The notes: generated by a model not told the origin, from the sequence alone. A stretch of 64,000 bases of DNA from an uncultured Gemmatimonadales bacterium (GCA_963809895.1 CAWELD010000004.1:160001-224000); one strand, 5' to 3'. Numbered from the stretch's first letter, positions 48,811 through 59,504 are shown. Numbers and translations are program-made.

Positions 48811-50715
48811 GGTGGCCGCGCGTGGGTCCGGCGGGTGGCTTGGGGCTGGTGCTCCTCGCCATGGCGACGCACGGGGCGCCCGCCGCTGCGCAGTCCGCGG
48901 ATTCCCTCCTCCTGGTGGAGCCGTCCCGGGCTCCCGGGGTGTTCCCGCCGGCCTCCGCACCCAGGTCCGACGGTCGCTGGAATCCGCTGGGGATCCCGAG
49001 GCTGGCCCCGCTCGCCCCGGAGCACCGAGGGCATCCGGCCTGCCCAACCCCTCCGACGTCCTGGTGGTGCCCGCGCTCTTCTCCGACTCCGAAGAGCCGA
49101 CGGCTTTTCCGGTCGGCGAGATCCGGCGCATCCTCTTCGACGGGCCCTCGCCGGGCGGCACCTTCGTGGAGTTCTATCGCGAAGCCTCGCGTGGGCTGGT
49201 CGAACCCAACGGCTTCGTCACGCCCTGGGTCCAGACCGACGTGACGCTCTTCGAGGCCTCGGGCAACGATCAGGGCCACGGCTGGGTCGGCGAGCGCATC
49301 AGGGACTACATCGTGCAGGCCATGCAGGGAGCGGACCCGTACGTGGACTTCCGCCAGTTCGACAACGACGGCCCCGACGGCATGCCCAATAGCGGCGACG
49401 ACGATGGCTACGTCGACGCCTTCGTGGTGGAGTTCTCCGGAATCGCCGGAAGCTGCGGGGGCCCCGCCATCTGGCCCCATTTCAGCGCGGTGTCCGAGTC
49501 GTCCACCCAACCCGGATGGCCCACGGAGACGTGGGAGCCAACGGCCAGCCCATCCGCATCTACACCTACCTGACCGAGAGCGTGACCGACTGCGGGGGCA
49601 CCGACATCCAGGGGCCCAACGTCATCGCCCACGAATACGGCCACCTGCTGGGTCTGCCCGACGTCTATCAGGCCGTCGACGGCATCGAGCCTCAGAACCG
49701 CTGGTGGAACGTGGGGTGCTTCGGGCTGATGGCCGCGGGTTCGTGGGGATGTGGCTCGGGACCGCTCCCGAACCGGTACGGCCCGGTCCACCAGTCCGTC
49801 TACATGAAAGAGCGCCTGGGGTGGATGCCCGTCGAGCAGGTGGGCCCCGTCCTGGAAACGGAGTACGTCCTGAAGCCGGCCGAGACCACGGGGCGGGGCC
49901 TCCAGATCCAGCTTCCCACGGGCGAGTTCTTCCTCCTGGAGTACCGGGTCCGGACCGGCTTCGACGCCACGCTCCCAGCCGCCGGCGTTCTCCTCTACGA
50001 GGTGGACAACAACTTCGCGAACCGCGTCGTTCCCGAGGGGCTGCCTCCGGCCACGCGCTACCACCTCATCGAGGCCGACGGCGACCACGCCCTCCGCAAG
50101 GTGGAGGCCGATGGAGGAAACCGCGGCGTGCCCGGTGACGTGTTCGGCATCGAGGGCCACAACGGACCCTATTCCAGCGCGCCGGGCGACGTGCGCCTCA
50201 TCACCCACGAGGGCACGCCTACCACCGTCACCATCCACTCCGTGACCGTGGACGGCGACGTCGCGCGCATCGTGCTGTCCACCGCGCCGACGCCCACCCT
50301 GGTGGCGTCCAACGCCGCCGCCGACGCCCGCATCCTGGAGAACGGCACGCTCGCCACCTTCCGGCTGGCCGGGGGTGCGCAGCCCTACGACGTGACGCTG
50401 GAAGAAGGCACGGGCCTGGAGGGCACGGTGGTGATGAACGGGACCGAAGGTCAGGTCGTCGGCACGCCCTTCGCATCCGGCACGGTCCCCATCGGTCTTT
50501 CCGTCACGGACGCCCTGGGTACGCACGTCGAGCTCGGGATCGACCTCCAGGTGCTCGGCGTCGATCTGGAGCTCACCGACCTCGTGGACGCGGCGCTCCA
50601 TCTGGCCCCGTCCACCGGCGAAGCGGCGCTCTTCCTGGACGGTCAGGGGAATCGCAACGGCGCGCCGGACATCGGCGACCTGCGGGCCTACCTGCGCCGC
50701 GCCGGCGGATCCTGA
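48807..50715 (+). CDS. M6 (immune inhibitor A-like) metalloprotease (frameshifts near 49025 and 49515)
   Basis: DFRQFDNDGPDG..NSGDDDGYVD, IWPH, AHEYGHLLGLPDVY, GLMAAGSW, FLLEYR; C-terminal LDGQGNRNGAPDIGDLRAYL. Confidence 0.82.
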
Positions 50716-50780
50716 TCCCGGCATTCTCCTCCCGAGACGCCTCTGAATCCCCCCTTCCGGGGCGGGCGCGATTCGATTAA

Positions 50781-50795
50781 TATGCAATCTGCATA
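50781..50795. promoter_or_regulatory. Putative PadR operator
   Basis: TATGCA-ATC-TGCATA in an AT-rich patch 15 bp upstream of the padR ATG. Confidence 0.6.
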
Positions 50796-50810
50796 CAACG
50801 GAGCCGCGCC

Positions 50811-51173
50811 ATGCCCGAACCCGAAAGAGATCCCGAGTCGTTCCTGCCCCTGAAGGCGGTGGACCACCTCACGCTGCTCCTGCTCGCGCGGGAGCCGTCG
50901 TACGGCGTCCAGCTGCTGGAGCGTCTGGAGACCAGCTCCGACGGCGTGATCCGTCTCAACGCGGGATCCCTCTACCGGACGCTCGCCCAACTCGTGGACC
51001 GGGGGCTGGTAGAGCCGCTGGACGAGGTGCCCAATCCGACCGGTGTGGGGGCGCCCAGGAAGCTGTACGGCGTCACGGAGCGCGGACGGGCGGTGCTGCG
51101 GGCCGAGTCCGAGCGGCAGGCCGCATTGCTGGAGATGGCGCGCTCGCTGGACCTGGCCGAGGGCGGCGCGTGA
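50811..51173 (+). CDS. PadR family regulator
   Basis: FLPLKAVDHLTLLLLA, YGVQL, LNAGSLYRTL, PRKLYGVTERGR. Confidence 0.88.
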   Translation: MPEPERDPESFLPLKAVDHLTLLLLAREPSYGVQLLERLETSSDGVIRLNAGSLYRTLAQLVDRGLVEPLDEVPNPTGVGAPRKLYGVTERGRAVLRAESERQAALLEMARSLDLAEGGA

Positions 51174-53805
51174 GGGGCCCGCCTCGCCTGCTGCGGGTGC
51201 TGCTGCGCCTGTACCCCCGGCGCCACCGGGAGACGTACGGCGCCGAAATGTGGGACGTGGTGCGCCACCGCTACCAGACCGGCCACGCGCGCGGTTGGGC
51301 GCGTGTGCGCCTCCACGCCGAGGTCGCCGCCGACCTCGTCTGGAACGCCGCGCGTCTGTGGACGACCGAGTTGGGGAGGATGACGATGGGACGGGGACGA
51401 GGAGGCTGGGGGCTCGACGTGCGCTTCGTGCTGCGGGCGCTTCGCAGGCGGCCAGGCTACACGATCACGGCACTGGCGGTTCTGGCCGGAGCCGTGGCGG
51501 TCAACGCCTCGGTGTTCAGCTACGTGCGGGGCACGCTGCTGGCCGAGCCCACGTATCCCGGAGCCGACCGCCTCGTCATCGTGTGGGGTAGCAATCCCAC
51601 CGAAGGTCAGGTCCGGGACGTCATCTCGGGCCCCGACTATCTGGACCTGGCGCGCGAGAACAGCTCTCTCGAGAGCATCGCGGCATTCCACATCGACGGC
51701 GCGGGCGTTCCGGACGCCGACGGGCATCCGCAGGTCTACGACGCCGAGACCGTGTCGGCCTCCTTCTTCCAGGTGGTTCCCGTGCAGCCGGCTCTGGGCC
51801 GCGTGTTCGATGCGCGGGAGCGGAACTCCGGCGGCGAGCGCACGGTGGTGGTGTCGTGGGCGTTCTGGCGCGACCACCTGGGGCAGGATCCGGCCTGGCT
51901 CGGACGGTCGCTGACCATCGAAGGGGAGCCCCACACCGTCATCGGCGTGTTGCCCGAGGACTTCCAGTTCCTGCTGCCGGTGGCGTTCTGGCTTCCGCTG
52001 TACGACGACGTTCTCGCGGCGGACGACCCCTCGCACATCCACTACAACGCCCTGGGCCGCATGCGCCCCGGGGTGACCGCCCAGGACGTGACCCGCGACC
52101 TTGCCGCCGTCCAGCGCAGGACCAACGAGCGGCGCGGCGGCTCTCAGGGTTGGAGCATCCTGGCCGAGCGGCTCCATGAGACCTCGGTCATGGCCATTCG
52201 GAGCATCCTGTGGACCGTGACCGGCGCCGTGGGCCTGGTGCTCCTCATCGCCCTCGTGAACCTGGCCACCCTCTTCCGCATCCGGACGCTGGGCCGCGAC
52301 GACGAGCTGGGCGTGCGCCTGGCGTTGGGAGCGAGTCGCGGGCGCGTGGCACGGATCCTGGCGCTGGAGTCGGGGGTCCTCGCTCTCTGTGGCGCGGCGT
52401 TGGGACTACTGGCCGCCCCTCTGATGCTGGCTCGGGCGCGCGAACTGCTCCCTGTCTGGGTGCCGATCCCGGACTCCGCCGCCCGCGTGCCCGTCCTTCA
52501 GGCGGTGCTGGATCCCGCCGTGGCCGGCACCTCGCTGGGCCTCGCGCTCCTCGGGGCGTTGGCCCTCACCGCTCCCGGTCTCGTGCGGGCGGTGCGGGCC
52601 CGAGGCGCCGCGCGGGGGGGCGAGGCCGGATCGGTTCCCGTGGGACCCGGTGGCTGGTGGCCGTGGAGCTGGCGCTGGCCACGGTGCTTTGCCTGGGCGC
52701 GGTGCTCACCACCCGCAGCGCGTCACGCCTGCTGGCCACGGACGTGGGCCTCCGAGATCAGGGCCTGTTGACCTTCTGGGTGGGCGACGTGTGGGACCTT
52801 CCCCGGGAGGATCAGGTCCAGTACTACCGGGACATCGTCGAGGCCGTCGAGGAGGTGCCGGGCGTGACCTCCGCCGCCCTCGTCGACTACATCCCCTTCG
52901 AAGGCGAGGACGATTTCGCCCGGGTCTACTTCCTGGACCGCTCCTTTCAGCCCGTGGAGAGCCAGCGGGAGGAGTGGCGCCGGGTGACCGACGGCCTCTT
53001 CGAGACCGCCGGCATGTCCATGCTCGCCGGCCGCTCGTTCGCATCGGGGGACTTCCAGGGCCCGCCCCGCGTGGCCGTCGTGAACCAGGCCTTCGCGCGC
53101 AAACACTACCCGCAGGGCTCCGCCGTCGGCCAGCTGATCAGCACGCATGACGAGAACTACCGGAACCTGCGCATCGTGGGGGTGGTCTCCGACGTGCGCT
53201 CCAGGGGCCCGGCGAACCCTGCCACGCCCATGCTGTACGTGCCCAATCAGGGTAGCCCCCGCGGCACCGTGGGCATGTACGTCCGGGTCTCGGGTGCCGA
53301 GCCCATGGCGCTGGCGCCGGCTGTCCGCGATGCGGTGTGGTCCGTGGATCCCACCCAGCTCGTGGCGGACATGCTCCCCATGTCGACGCTGGTGGCGGCA
53401 TGGGTCGCGATTCCCCGCGCCGTGCGCACGTTGCTCTCCTGGGTGGCGGCCCTGGCGCTGGGGCTCGCGGCCGTGGGCGTGTTCGGCGTGGTGGCCTACG
53501 CGGTGCGTGGCCGAAGGCAGGAGATCGGCGTGCGGCTGGCCCTGGGCGCATCGCCCGGGCGCCTCCGCAGAGAGGTGTTGGCCGGGGCGCTTCCCATGGT
53601 GGTCCTGGGGGTGGGAGGAGGTGTGGTCGCCGGCCTGCTCGCAGCACGCGCGGCGGGGGCGCTCCTCTACGGCGTTGCGCCGGCCGATCCGGTGTCGCTG
53701 GGGATCGCGCTGCTGGCCATGGCCACCGTCGCTCTGCTGGCGATCTGGATCCCGGCTCGGCGTGCCTCACGCATCGATCCCACGGAGGCCATCCGGGCCG
53801 ATTGA
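51170..53805 (+). CDS. ADOP-type permease #6 with 'LLRLYP..R..YG.EM' prefix (frameshift at G-run near 52615)
   Basis: LLRLYPRRHRETYGAEM; DVRFVLRALRRRPG; ALVNLATL; second half GVFGVVAYAVRGRRQEIGVRLALGA. Confidence 0.85.
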
Positions 53806-53818
53806 GGGGTCGCCGTTC

Positions 53819-54490
53819 TCAGCCCCAGATCTCGAAGAACTCCACTCGCTCGCTCCCACCGGTCCGGTCCGAGCCCAGGTAGCCCAGATAGACCCTGGTG
53901 AGCTCCCGCACCCGCAGGTCGTCGGTGAGCTCGGGCAGCGCCTCGTCGAGCTCGGCCGACTCCTCGAGCTCCCGCACCGCGCTCACGATCACGGCGAGCC
54001 CCAGATCCACGGCCAGCTCCGGCTCCGGATGCGCGACGCGGGCGCGATGCCGGAGGATCAGGTCCCGAAGGTCGGCACGCAGGGCGGCGTGGAAGCGCCG
54101 GGCCAGGTCGTTGGCGCCGGGATTGCCGCGGCGCCCTTCCAGCACCCGCCGCTGCCGGGCTCCCGTGCGGTAGGCCTCCAGGAGGATCCGCACCACCGCC
54201 TCCACCAGCTCCTCCAGCTCCAGCTCGTCCCACTCCACCTGGTCGCGCGCCTCCGCCCAGTGCTCCTCGGCATCCGCCCACAGACGCTCTTCGAGATAGA
54301 CCAGCAGATCCTCCTTGCCACGGAAGCGGGCGTAGAAGGATCCCACCGACGATCCGGCGAGCTCCACGATGTCGTGCACGCCGGTGTTCTCGACGCCCTT
54401 CTCGGCGATGAGCTCGAGGGCAGCCCGGACGATCAGGTTCAGAGTGCGACGCGAGCGATCCTGCTTGGGCGGGCGCAAGCGGGCGGGCAC
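53819..54490 (-). CDS. TetR/AcrR family regulator
   Basis: PKQDRSRRT, EKGVENTGVHDIVELAGSSVGSFYARFRGKEDL; GGAGG RBS. Confidence 0.9.
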   Translation of the reverse strand: MPARLRPPKQDRSRRTLNLIVRAALELIAEKGVENTGVHDIVELAGSSVGSFYARFRGKEDLLVYLEERLWADAEEHWAEARDQVEWDELELEELVEAVVRILLEAYRTGARQRRVLEGRRGNPGANDLARRFHAALRADLRDLILRHRARVAHPEPELAVDLGLAVIVSAVRELEESAELDEALPELTDDLRVRELTRVYLGYLGSDRTGGSERVEFFEIWG

Positions 54491-54535
54491 GGGGGTCCTC
54501 CGGCGGACTCGAGGGATGGCCAGCGGTCACCATAA

Positions 54536-54557
54536 AATCCGAAGTGCTATTCTGTTT
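54536..54557. promoter_or_regulatory. Putative TetR autoregulatory operator
   Basis: Imperfect IR AATCCGAA-N6-TTCTGTTT next to a minus-strand TTGCGA -35-like box. Confidence 0.45.
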
Positions 54558-54639
54558 CGCAAGGGATGTGGCTTGGCTGGGCCGCATTCCGACCATCCCT
54601 CCGGGGATCGGCCACTCGCGCCCTTGCGAGGATCCCCCT

Positions 54640-54662
54640 CTTCACTAAGATTCTTGGGTAAG
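54640..54662. promoter_or_regulatory. Putative PadR operator
   Basis: CTTCACTAA-GATTC-TTGGGTAAG; same CTAA-N5-TT(A/G)G core as 45151-45200. Confidence 0.6.
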
Positions 54663-54707
54663 AACCTTGCTGGTCGTCGTCGAGGCCCCGAGCCGATTGG
54701 AGGAAAC

Positions 54708-55046
54708 GTGACCGAGAGCACCTCGCCCAACCTGATGCGGGGCACGGTGGACCTGGTGGTGCTACGGACCCTGCAGGAGGGGCCCATGCACGGATTCGCC
54801 ATCGCCCGATGGATCCGCGACGGGAGCGACGACGTGGTCCAGTTCGAGGATGCCGCGCTGTACCAGTCGCTCCACCGCCTGGAGCGCAAGGCCCTGGTGG
54901 AGTCGTCGTGGGGCCGCTCGGAGAACAATCGCCGGGCTCGCTTCTACCGCCTCACGGACCGTGGCCGCCGCCACCTGGAGCGCCAGGCGGAAGAGTTCAG
55001 GAGCTACGCCGAGGCCGTCACACGCCTGCTGGAAGGCGAGGCATAG
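54708..55046 (+). CDS. PadR family regulator (ADOP-associated type)
   Basis: RGTVDLVVLRTL, HGFAI, ALYQSLHRLE, WGRSENNRRARFYRLT; GGAGG RBS. Confidence 0.92.
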   Translation: MTESTSPNLMRGTVDLVVLRTLQEGPMHGFAIARWIRDGSDDVVQFEDAALYQSLHRLERKALVESSWGRSENNRRARFYRLTDRGRRHLERQAEEFRSYAEAVTRLLEGEA

Positions 55047-55078
55047 CAGGACGCTGCGCGTCCGGGGGGGACGGGACC

Positions 55079-57691
55079 ATGAACCGGCACGATGCTGGCC
55101 CGCCGTGGGGAGACGACTCCCGGCGCGAGGTGCGCGAAGAGCTGCGCTTCCACATCCAGGAGCGCGCCCTGGAGTTGGAGGCCACGGGCCTGGACAGCGC
55201 CGAGGCCCTGCGGCGCGCCCGCGAGGAGTTCGGAGACGTCGAGGCGACCCTCCGGTACTGCCACCGTGAAGACCGCCGCCGCCTGCGGCGCCGAAGCCTG
55301 AAGCAACTCGTCTCGGGCGCCGTCACGGAGATGGTCGGTGCGCTCCGTGCGCTCAGGCGCCATCCCGCAGCCGCGCTCGGTCCGGGAGCCATCCTCGCCG
55401 CCGCCATCGCCCTCAACGCGTTGGTCTTCACGGTCGTGCGGGGCGTGCTCCTGGCTCCCCTGCCCTTCGCCGCATCCGATCGCGTGTACGTGGCCGAAGA
55501 GGTGACGGACGGAGGAGGCCTGGTGCGGGTCTCCTATCCGGTCCTCGAGGCCTGGCGTGAACAGGCCACGGGCGTCGAGGCCGTAACCGGCTACCTGGAG
55601 AACCAGTTCGTCCTGGACGACGGAGACGAGCCGCGGCACGTGCCGGGCGCCGCCGTGGCCGAGGGCTTCCTGAGCTTCCTGCAGGCACCCCTGGTCATGG
55701 GGCGGCCACTGACGCCCGACGACCACCGACCGGGAGCTCCGCGCCGGGCGCTGATCTCGGAAGGTCTGTGGCGGAGCCAATACGGGGCTTCAGCCGACGT
55801 CCTCGAGCGCACGATCCGCCTGGACGGCGACGCCTACTCCATCGCCGGAGTGGTGCGCGACGCCGCGGGCTTTCCCGACGACGCCCGCATCTGGCTGCCC
55901 CTCGAAGCCTCGGCGCCCGGCATCATGGAGGTCGCGGGGGCCAAGATCGTGGTGGGCCTGGCCCGGCTGAGACCCGGCGTCTCCGCTAGCGCCGAAAGCC
56001 TCGAGCTGGCCCGCATCTCCGCCTCGGTAACCGGTGGCGCTCCCGACGCGGCGCTGGCTCCCTTGAAGGACCGGCTTCTCGGCGACGTGCGCACCCCCCT
56101 GCTCCTCCTCCAGGGCGCGGTGCTCCTCGTCTTGCTGGCGGCCTGTGCCAATGCCGGGGGGATGCTTCTCGCCCGCACCGTGCGGCGCCGGGCCGAGCTC
56201 GCCGTTCGCACCGCGTTGGGCGCCGGCCGGCTGCGCATCGCCGGGTCCCTCCTGCTCGAAGGGCTCGCTCTGGGGCTGGCCGCCGGCCTCGTGGGGCTCG
56301 TCGCGGCGGCCGTCCTTCTGAGGCCGACACTGGCGCTGGTGCCCGACGACCTGCCGCGGGCGGCCCACATCGCCCTCGATCCCACCGTGTCGCTGGTCGC
56401 CCTCCTTCTGGCGGCGGGCACCGGCCTTGTCACCTCCGCCGTTCCGGCCCTCACCGGCGGACGCACGCCCCCCGCGGCCCTGCTGCGCGAAGCCGGTGGC
56501 TCCACCGGCGGCACGCCGTGGCTACACCGCATGCTGGAAGGCTTGATCGTGGGGCAGGTAGCGCTGGCCGTGCTCCTGACCGTGGGCGCCGGGCTCCTCT
56601 TGAGGAGCTTCGTGGCGACCTTGCAGGAAGACCCCGGCTTCGATCCATCGCAGGTCACCGTGGTGGACGTCACGCTTCCTTCGTACCGCTATCCCGACGA
56701 GGCGGGACGGGTCGCGTTCGCCCGCACCCTCCTGGAGCGCGCCCACGAGCTTCCGGGCGCTCAGGCCGTGGCGCTGGGACGCAACCTGCCCATCTCGGGT
56801 TCCAACATGACCTCTCCCCTGGTGGTCGAGGGCGCCGCACAACCGACCTCCGCCGTCCAGCTGGCGTGGGTGAGCGCCGACTATTTCGACGTGCTCCGGC
56901 TGCCGCTGGACGAGGGAACCGGGTTCGGCCCCGACGGCGACCGCACCGACGCCACTCCGCTCATGATCGTCGACGGCCTGGTCCACACAGCGGCCGGCCG
57001 GCCGCTGTCGGTGGGCGACCGCGCCCACTCCTTCTTCGGGAACCAGGGATTCCGGACCGTGGTGGGAATCGCGGGAAGCGTGCGCCACGACGGGCTCCGG
57101 GCGGCGCCCACGCCCGTGGCCTACGTGCCCTTCTTCCAGGCCGGAGGCGCCGGCGGATTCTCGCTCCTGGTGCGCTCGGACGCGCCGTCAGCCGCAGTGG
57201 TGTCCGCGGCGCGGTCCCTGCTGCGCGATCTCGACCCGACGCTCCCCGTCGACGAGGTCGCGACCATGGCCTCCCGGATCCGACGGTCGGTGGCGCGACC
57301 TCGCTTCTACGCCGCGGGCCTGGGCATCTTCGGCGCCCTGGCCCTGCTGCTGGCGCTGGCGGGATGCCAGGCGGGGCTGGCCCACCGGGTGGCCGCGCGG
57401 CGGCGCGAGATGGGGCTCCGGATGGCGCTGGGCGCCTCGGGTCTCGCCGTGCGACGGATGGTGGTTCGCCGCGGCCTGACGCTCACGGTGGCGGGTGCCC
57501 TGGTGGGCCTGGCCCTCGCCCTTCCGTCCACGCGCATCCTCCGCAGCCAGCTCTACGGGCTGACGGCCGGCGACCCGGTCACCTACGTGGCGACGCTCGT
57601 TCTGCTGCTCCTGGCCGGAGCGGTGGCGTCCGACGTGCCGGCCCGTCGGGCCGCTCGCGTGGATCCGGTGACCACGCTCAAGGAAGGGTAG
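55079..57691 (+). CDS. ADOP-type permease #7 with permease-prefix domain
   Basis: EVREELRFHIQERALELEATGLDSAEALRRAREEFGD; AACANAGG; RRREMGLRMALGA. Confidence 0.88.
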   Translation: MNRHDAGPPWGDDSRREVREELRFHIQERALELEATGLDSAEALRRAREEFGDVEATLRYCHREDRRRLRRRSLKQLVSGAVTEMVGALRALRRHPAAALGPGAILAAAIALNALVFTVVRGVLLAPLPFAASDRVYVAEEVTDGGGLVRVSYPVLEAWREQATGVEAVTGYLENQFVLDDGDEPRHVPGAAVAEGFLSFLQAPLVMGRPLTPDDHRPGAPRRALISEGLWRSQYGASADVLERTIRLDGDAYSIAGVVRDAAGFPDDARIWLPLEASAPGIMEVAGAKIVVGLARLRPGVSASAESLELARISASVTGGAPDAALAPLKDRLLGDVRTPLLLLQGAVLLVLLAACANAGGMLLARTVRRRAELAVRTALGAGRLRIAGSLLLEGLALGLAAGLVGLVAAAVLLRPTLALVPDDLPRAAHIALDPTVSLVALLLAAGTGLVTSAVPALTGGRTPPAALLREAGGSTGGTPWLHRMLEGLIVGQVALAVLLTVGAGLLLRSFVATLQEDPGFDPSQVTVVDVTLPSYRYPDEAGRVAFARTLLERAHELPGAQAVALGRNLPISGSNMTSPLVVEGAAQPTSAVQLAWVSADYFDVLRLPLDEGTGFGPDGDRTDATPLMIVDGLVHTAAGRPLSVGDRAHSFFGNQGFRTVVGIAGSVRHDGLRAAPTPVAYVPFFQAGGAGGFSLLVRSDAPSAAVVSAARSLLRDLDPTLPVDEVATMASRIRRSVARPRFYAAGLGIFGALALLLALAGCQAGLAHRVAARRREMGLRMALGASGLAVRRMVVRRGLTLTVAGALVGLALALPSTRILRSQLYGLTAGDPVTYVATLVLLLLAGAVASDVPARRAARVDPVTTLKEG

Positions 57692-57717
57692 GGGGATGGG
57701 ACGAAAGGGAAGACGGA

Positions 57718-58344
57718 GTGCGCACCTTGATCGCGGGGGCGTTGCTGGCGGCGACGCTCGCGCCCGCCGCCGTGCTCGGTCAGGAAGCCTCTCCGCTGTC
57801 GGTGTCGGTGGGGGCCGCCGCGACCCTGGCCGTGGGCGACGAGAGCGACTTTCTGGACGGTGGTATCGGGCCCTGGGCCGGGCTGACCTGGGCACCACCG
57901 AGCTCCAGTCATTTCCGGCTGGGCCTGGATGCGGCCTGGATTCCCTTCGCCGACGACCGTGACGGACTCACCGGAGCCCGGGCCGACAACGTCGTCCTCA
58001 CCGTGTTCCTGCGGCCCGAGCTGTACGCCGAGGCTGGTCCATTGCGGCCCTTCGTCGCCCTCGAGGCCGGCGCGGCCCTGGCCCACTGGCGCCTGCAGGA
58101 CGCCAGCGGAAGCCGCAGCGGGTGGGAGAGCGCCGGCGCATGGGGAGGTGGCGCGGGCCTCGACGTCCAGGTGGCCGGAGGCCGGCATGCGGTCTCGCTG
58201 CGGGCCGGCGGCTGGATCGCCGACCTGGGCGAGCTGGCCCTGGGTCGAGCCCCCGATCCGGCGAGCTCCACGAATGCTCCGGGCACCGTCGCCGTGAACA
58301 TGGCGCTGCTCTCGCTCAGGCTGGGAGTCCAGATCGCGATGTAG
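57718..58344 (+). CDS. Small outer-membrane beta-barrel-like protein
   Basis: Signal peptide; LRPFVALEAG, AWGGGAGL, SLRLGVQI. Confidence 0.65.
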   Translation: MRTLIAGALLAATLAPAAVLGQEASPLSVSVGAAATLAVGDESDFLDGGIGPWAGLTWAPPSSSHFRLGLDAAWIPFADDRDGLTGARADNVVLTVFLRPELYAEAGPLRPFVALEAGAALAHWRLQDASGSRSGWESAGAWGGGAGLDVQVAGGRHAVSLRAGGWIADLGELALGRAPDPASSTNAPGTVAVNMALLSLRLGVQIAM

Positions 58345-58364
58345 ACGGGCGGGCTGCCCGCGGC

Positions 58365-59357
58365 TCACCCTCCCGCGTCCTGGAGTTGCTCCAGGATCAG
58401 GCGGTTCACCCGCTCCGGGACGCGTTCGGCGATCCAGTGGTCCACGCCCTCGATCACCTCGAAGCGATACGGTCCGCTCACGAAATCCCGCGTAGCCTCG
58501 GCGGGGCCCCGTCCGAAGGCCGTGTCCTCGGTGGACCAGATGTACAGCGTAGGCACCCGCACCGGGCTCGGCGCCGGCGGCGGCGCGGCGGCCCCGCCCG
58601 CGCTGGATCCTCCCCCCGATCCGCCACCGAATGCAGCCCCGTACCAGGCCAGCGCCGCGCGTAGCGCCGCGGGGTTGCCCAGAGCGTCCATGTAGACCCG
58701 CACCGCGTTCGGATCCAGGTCGCCCCAGAGCGATCGCAGATAGGCCGCATCGTCGGCCAGGAACCGCGCTTCGGCGCCGGGGGCGGCGAAGTCCGTGAAG
58801 TACGACGAGCGCCGGGCCTGGTCCGAACCCGCCTGCGCGCGGGCCGAGGACAGCGCGGCGTAGTGCGGTGTGGACAGGACGGTCAGCGTCCGCACCCGGT
58901 CCGGAAAGCGCGTGGCCACCACCCAGGCGACCGCGCCACCCCAGTCGTGTCCCACCAGGTCGAAGCGCTCCCGACCCAACGCGTCGGCGATGGCCGCCAC
59001 GTCGTCGGTCAGGTGCGTCATGGCGTAGGGTGCGACCCCGTCCGGACGCGCCCCGGGCGAATAACCGCGCTGGTCCGGCGCCACCGCCCGATAGCCGGCC
59101 GCGGCCAGCGCCCGCAGCTGGTGGCGAAACGCGAACGAGGTCTCGGGGAAGCCGTGCAGGAGCAGGACCAGCGGCCCGTCTTCGGGACCCGCGGCCCGAG
59201 CGTCGAAGACCATGGGTCCTACGGGAATCTGGATCATCTCGATCTCCTGGCGTGCGGCGGCGTCACCGATTCTGGCGCCCGGCTGCTGCGCCCCGACGAA
59301 GCCCACACCCACCCCATACCCCAGCACGAGTCCCGAAACCACGCTCGACAGCATCAT
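58365..59357 (-). CDS. Epoxide hydrolase/haloalkane dehalogenase-like alpha/beta hydrolase
   Basis: LLHGFPE, APDQRGYS, GHDWGG (Asp nucleophile), C-terminal DHW. Confidence 0.88.
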   Translation of the reverse strand: MMLSSVVSGLVLGYGVGVGFVGAQQPGARIGDAAARQEIEMIQIPVGPMVFDARAAGPEDGPLVLLLHGFPETSFAFRHQLRALAAAGYRAVAPDQRGYSPGARPDGVAPYAMTHLTDDVAAIADALGRERFDLVGHDWGGAVAWVVATRFPDRVRTLTVLSTPHYAALSSARAQAGSDQARRSSYFTDFAAPGAEARFLADDAAYLRSLWGDLDPNAVRVYMDALGNPAALRAALAWYGAAFGGGSGGGSSAGGAAAPPPAPSPVRVPTLYIWSTEDTAFGRGPAEATRDFVSGPYRFEVIEGVDHWIAERVPERVNRLILEQLQDAGG

Positions 59358-59504
59358 CCCACGGTCCTCCACCGTCTCTGGACCACACGGGGCAGCGATC
59401 CCCCGAACTCCGGCTCAGTGTACGGCACGCTCGCGGTCTCCATACAGCCGATTCGGTCAACGGCGGTTTCGAGACGGTGAAGCAGGGAATCGCTCGGTGA
59501 GTCG

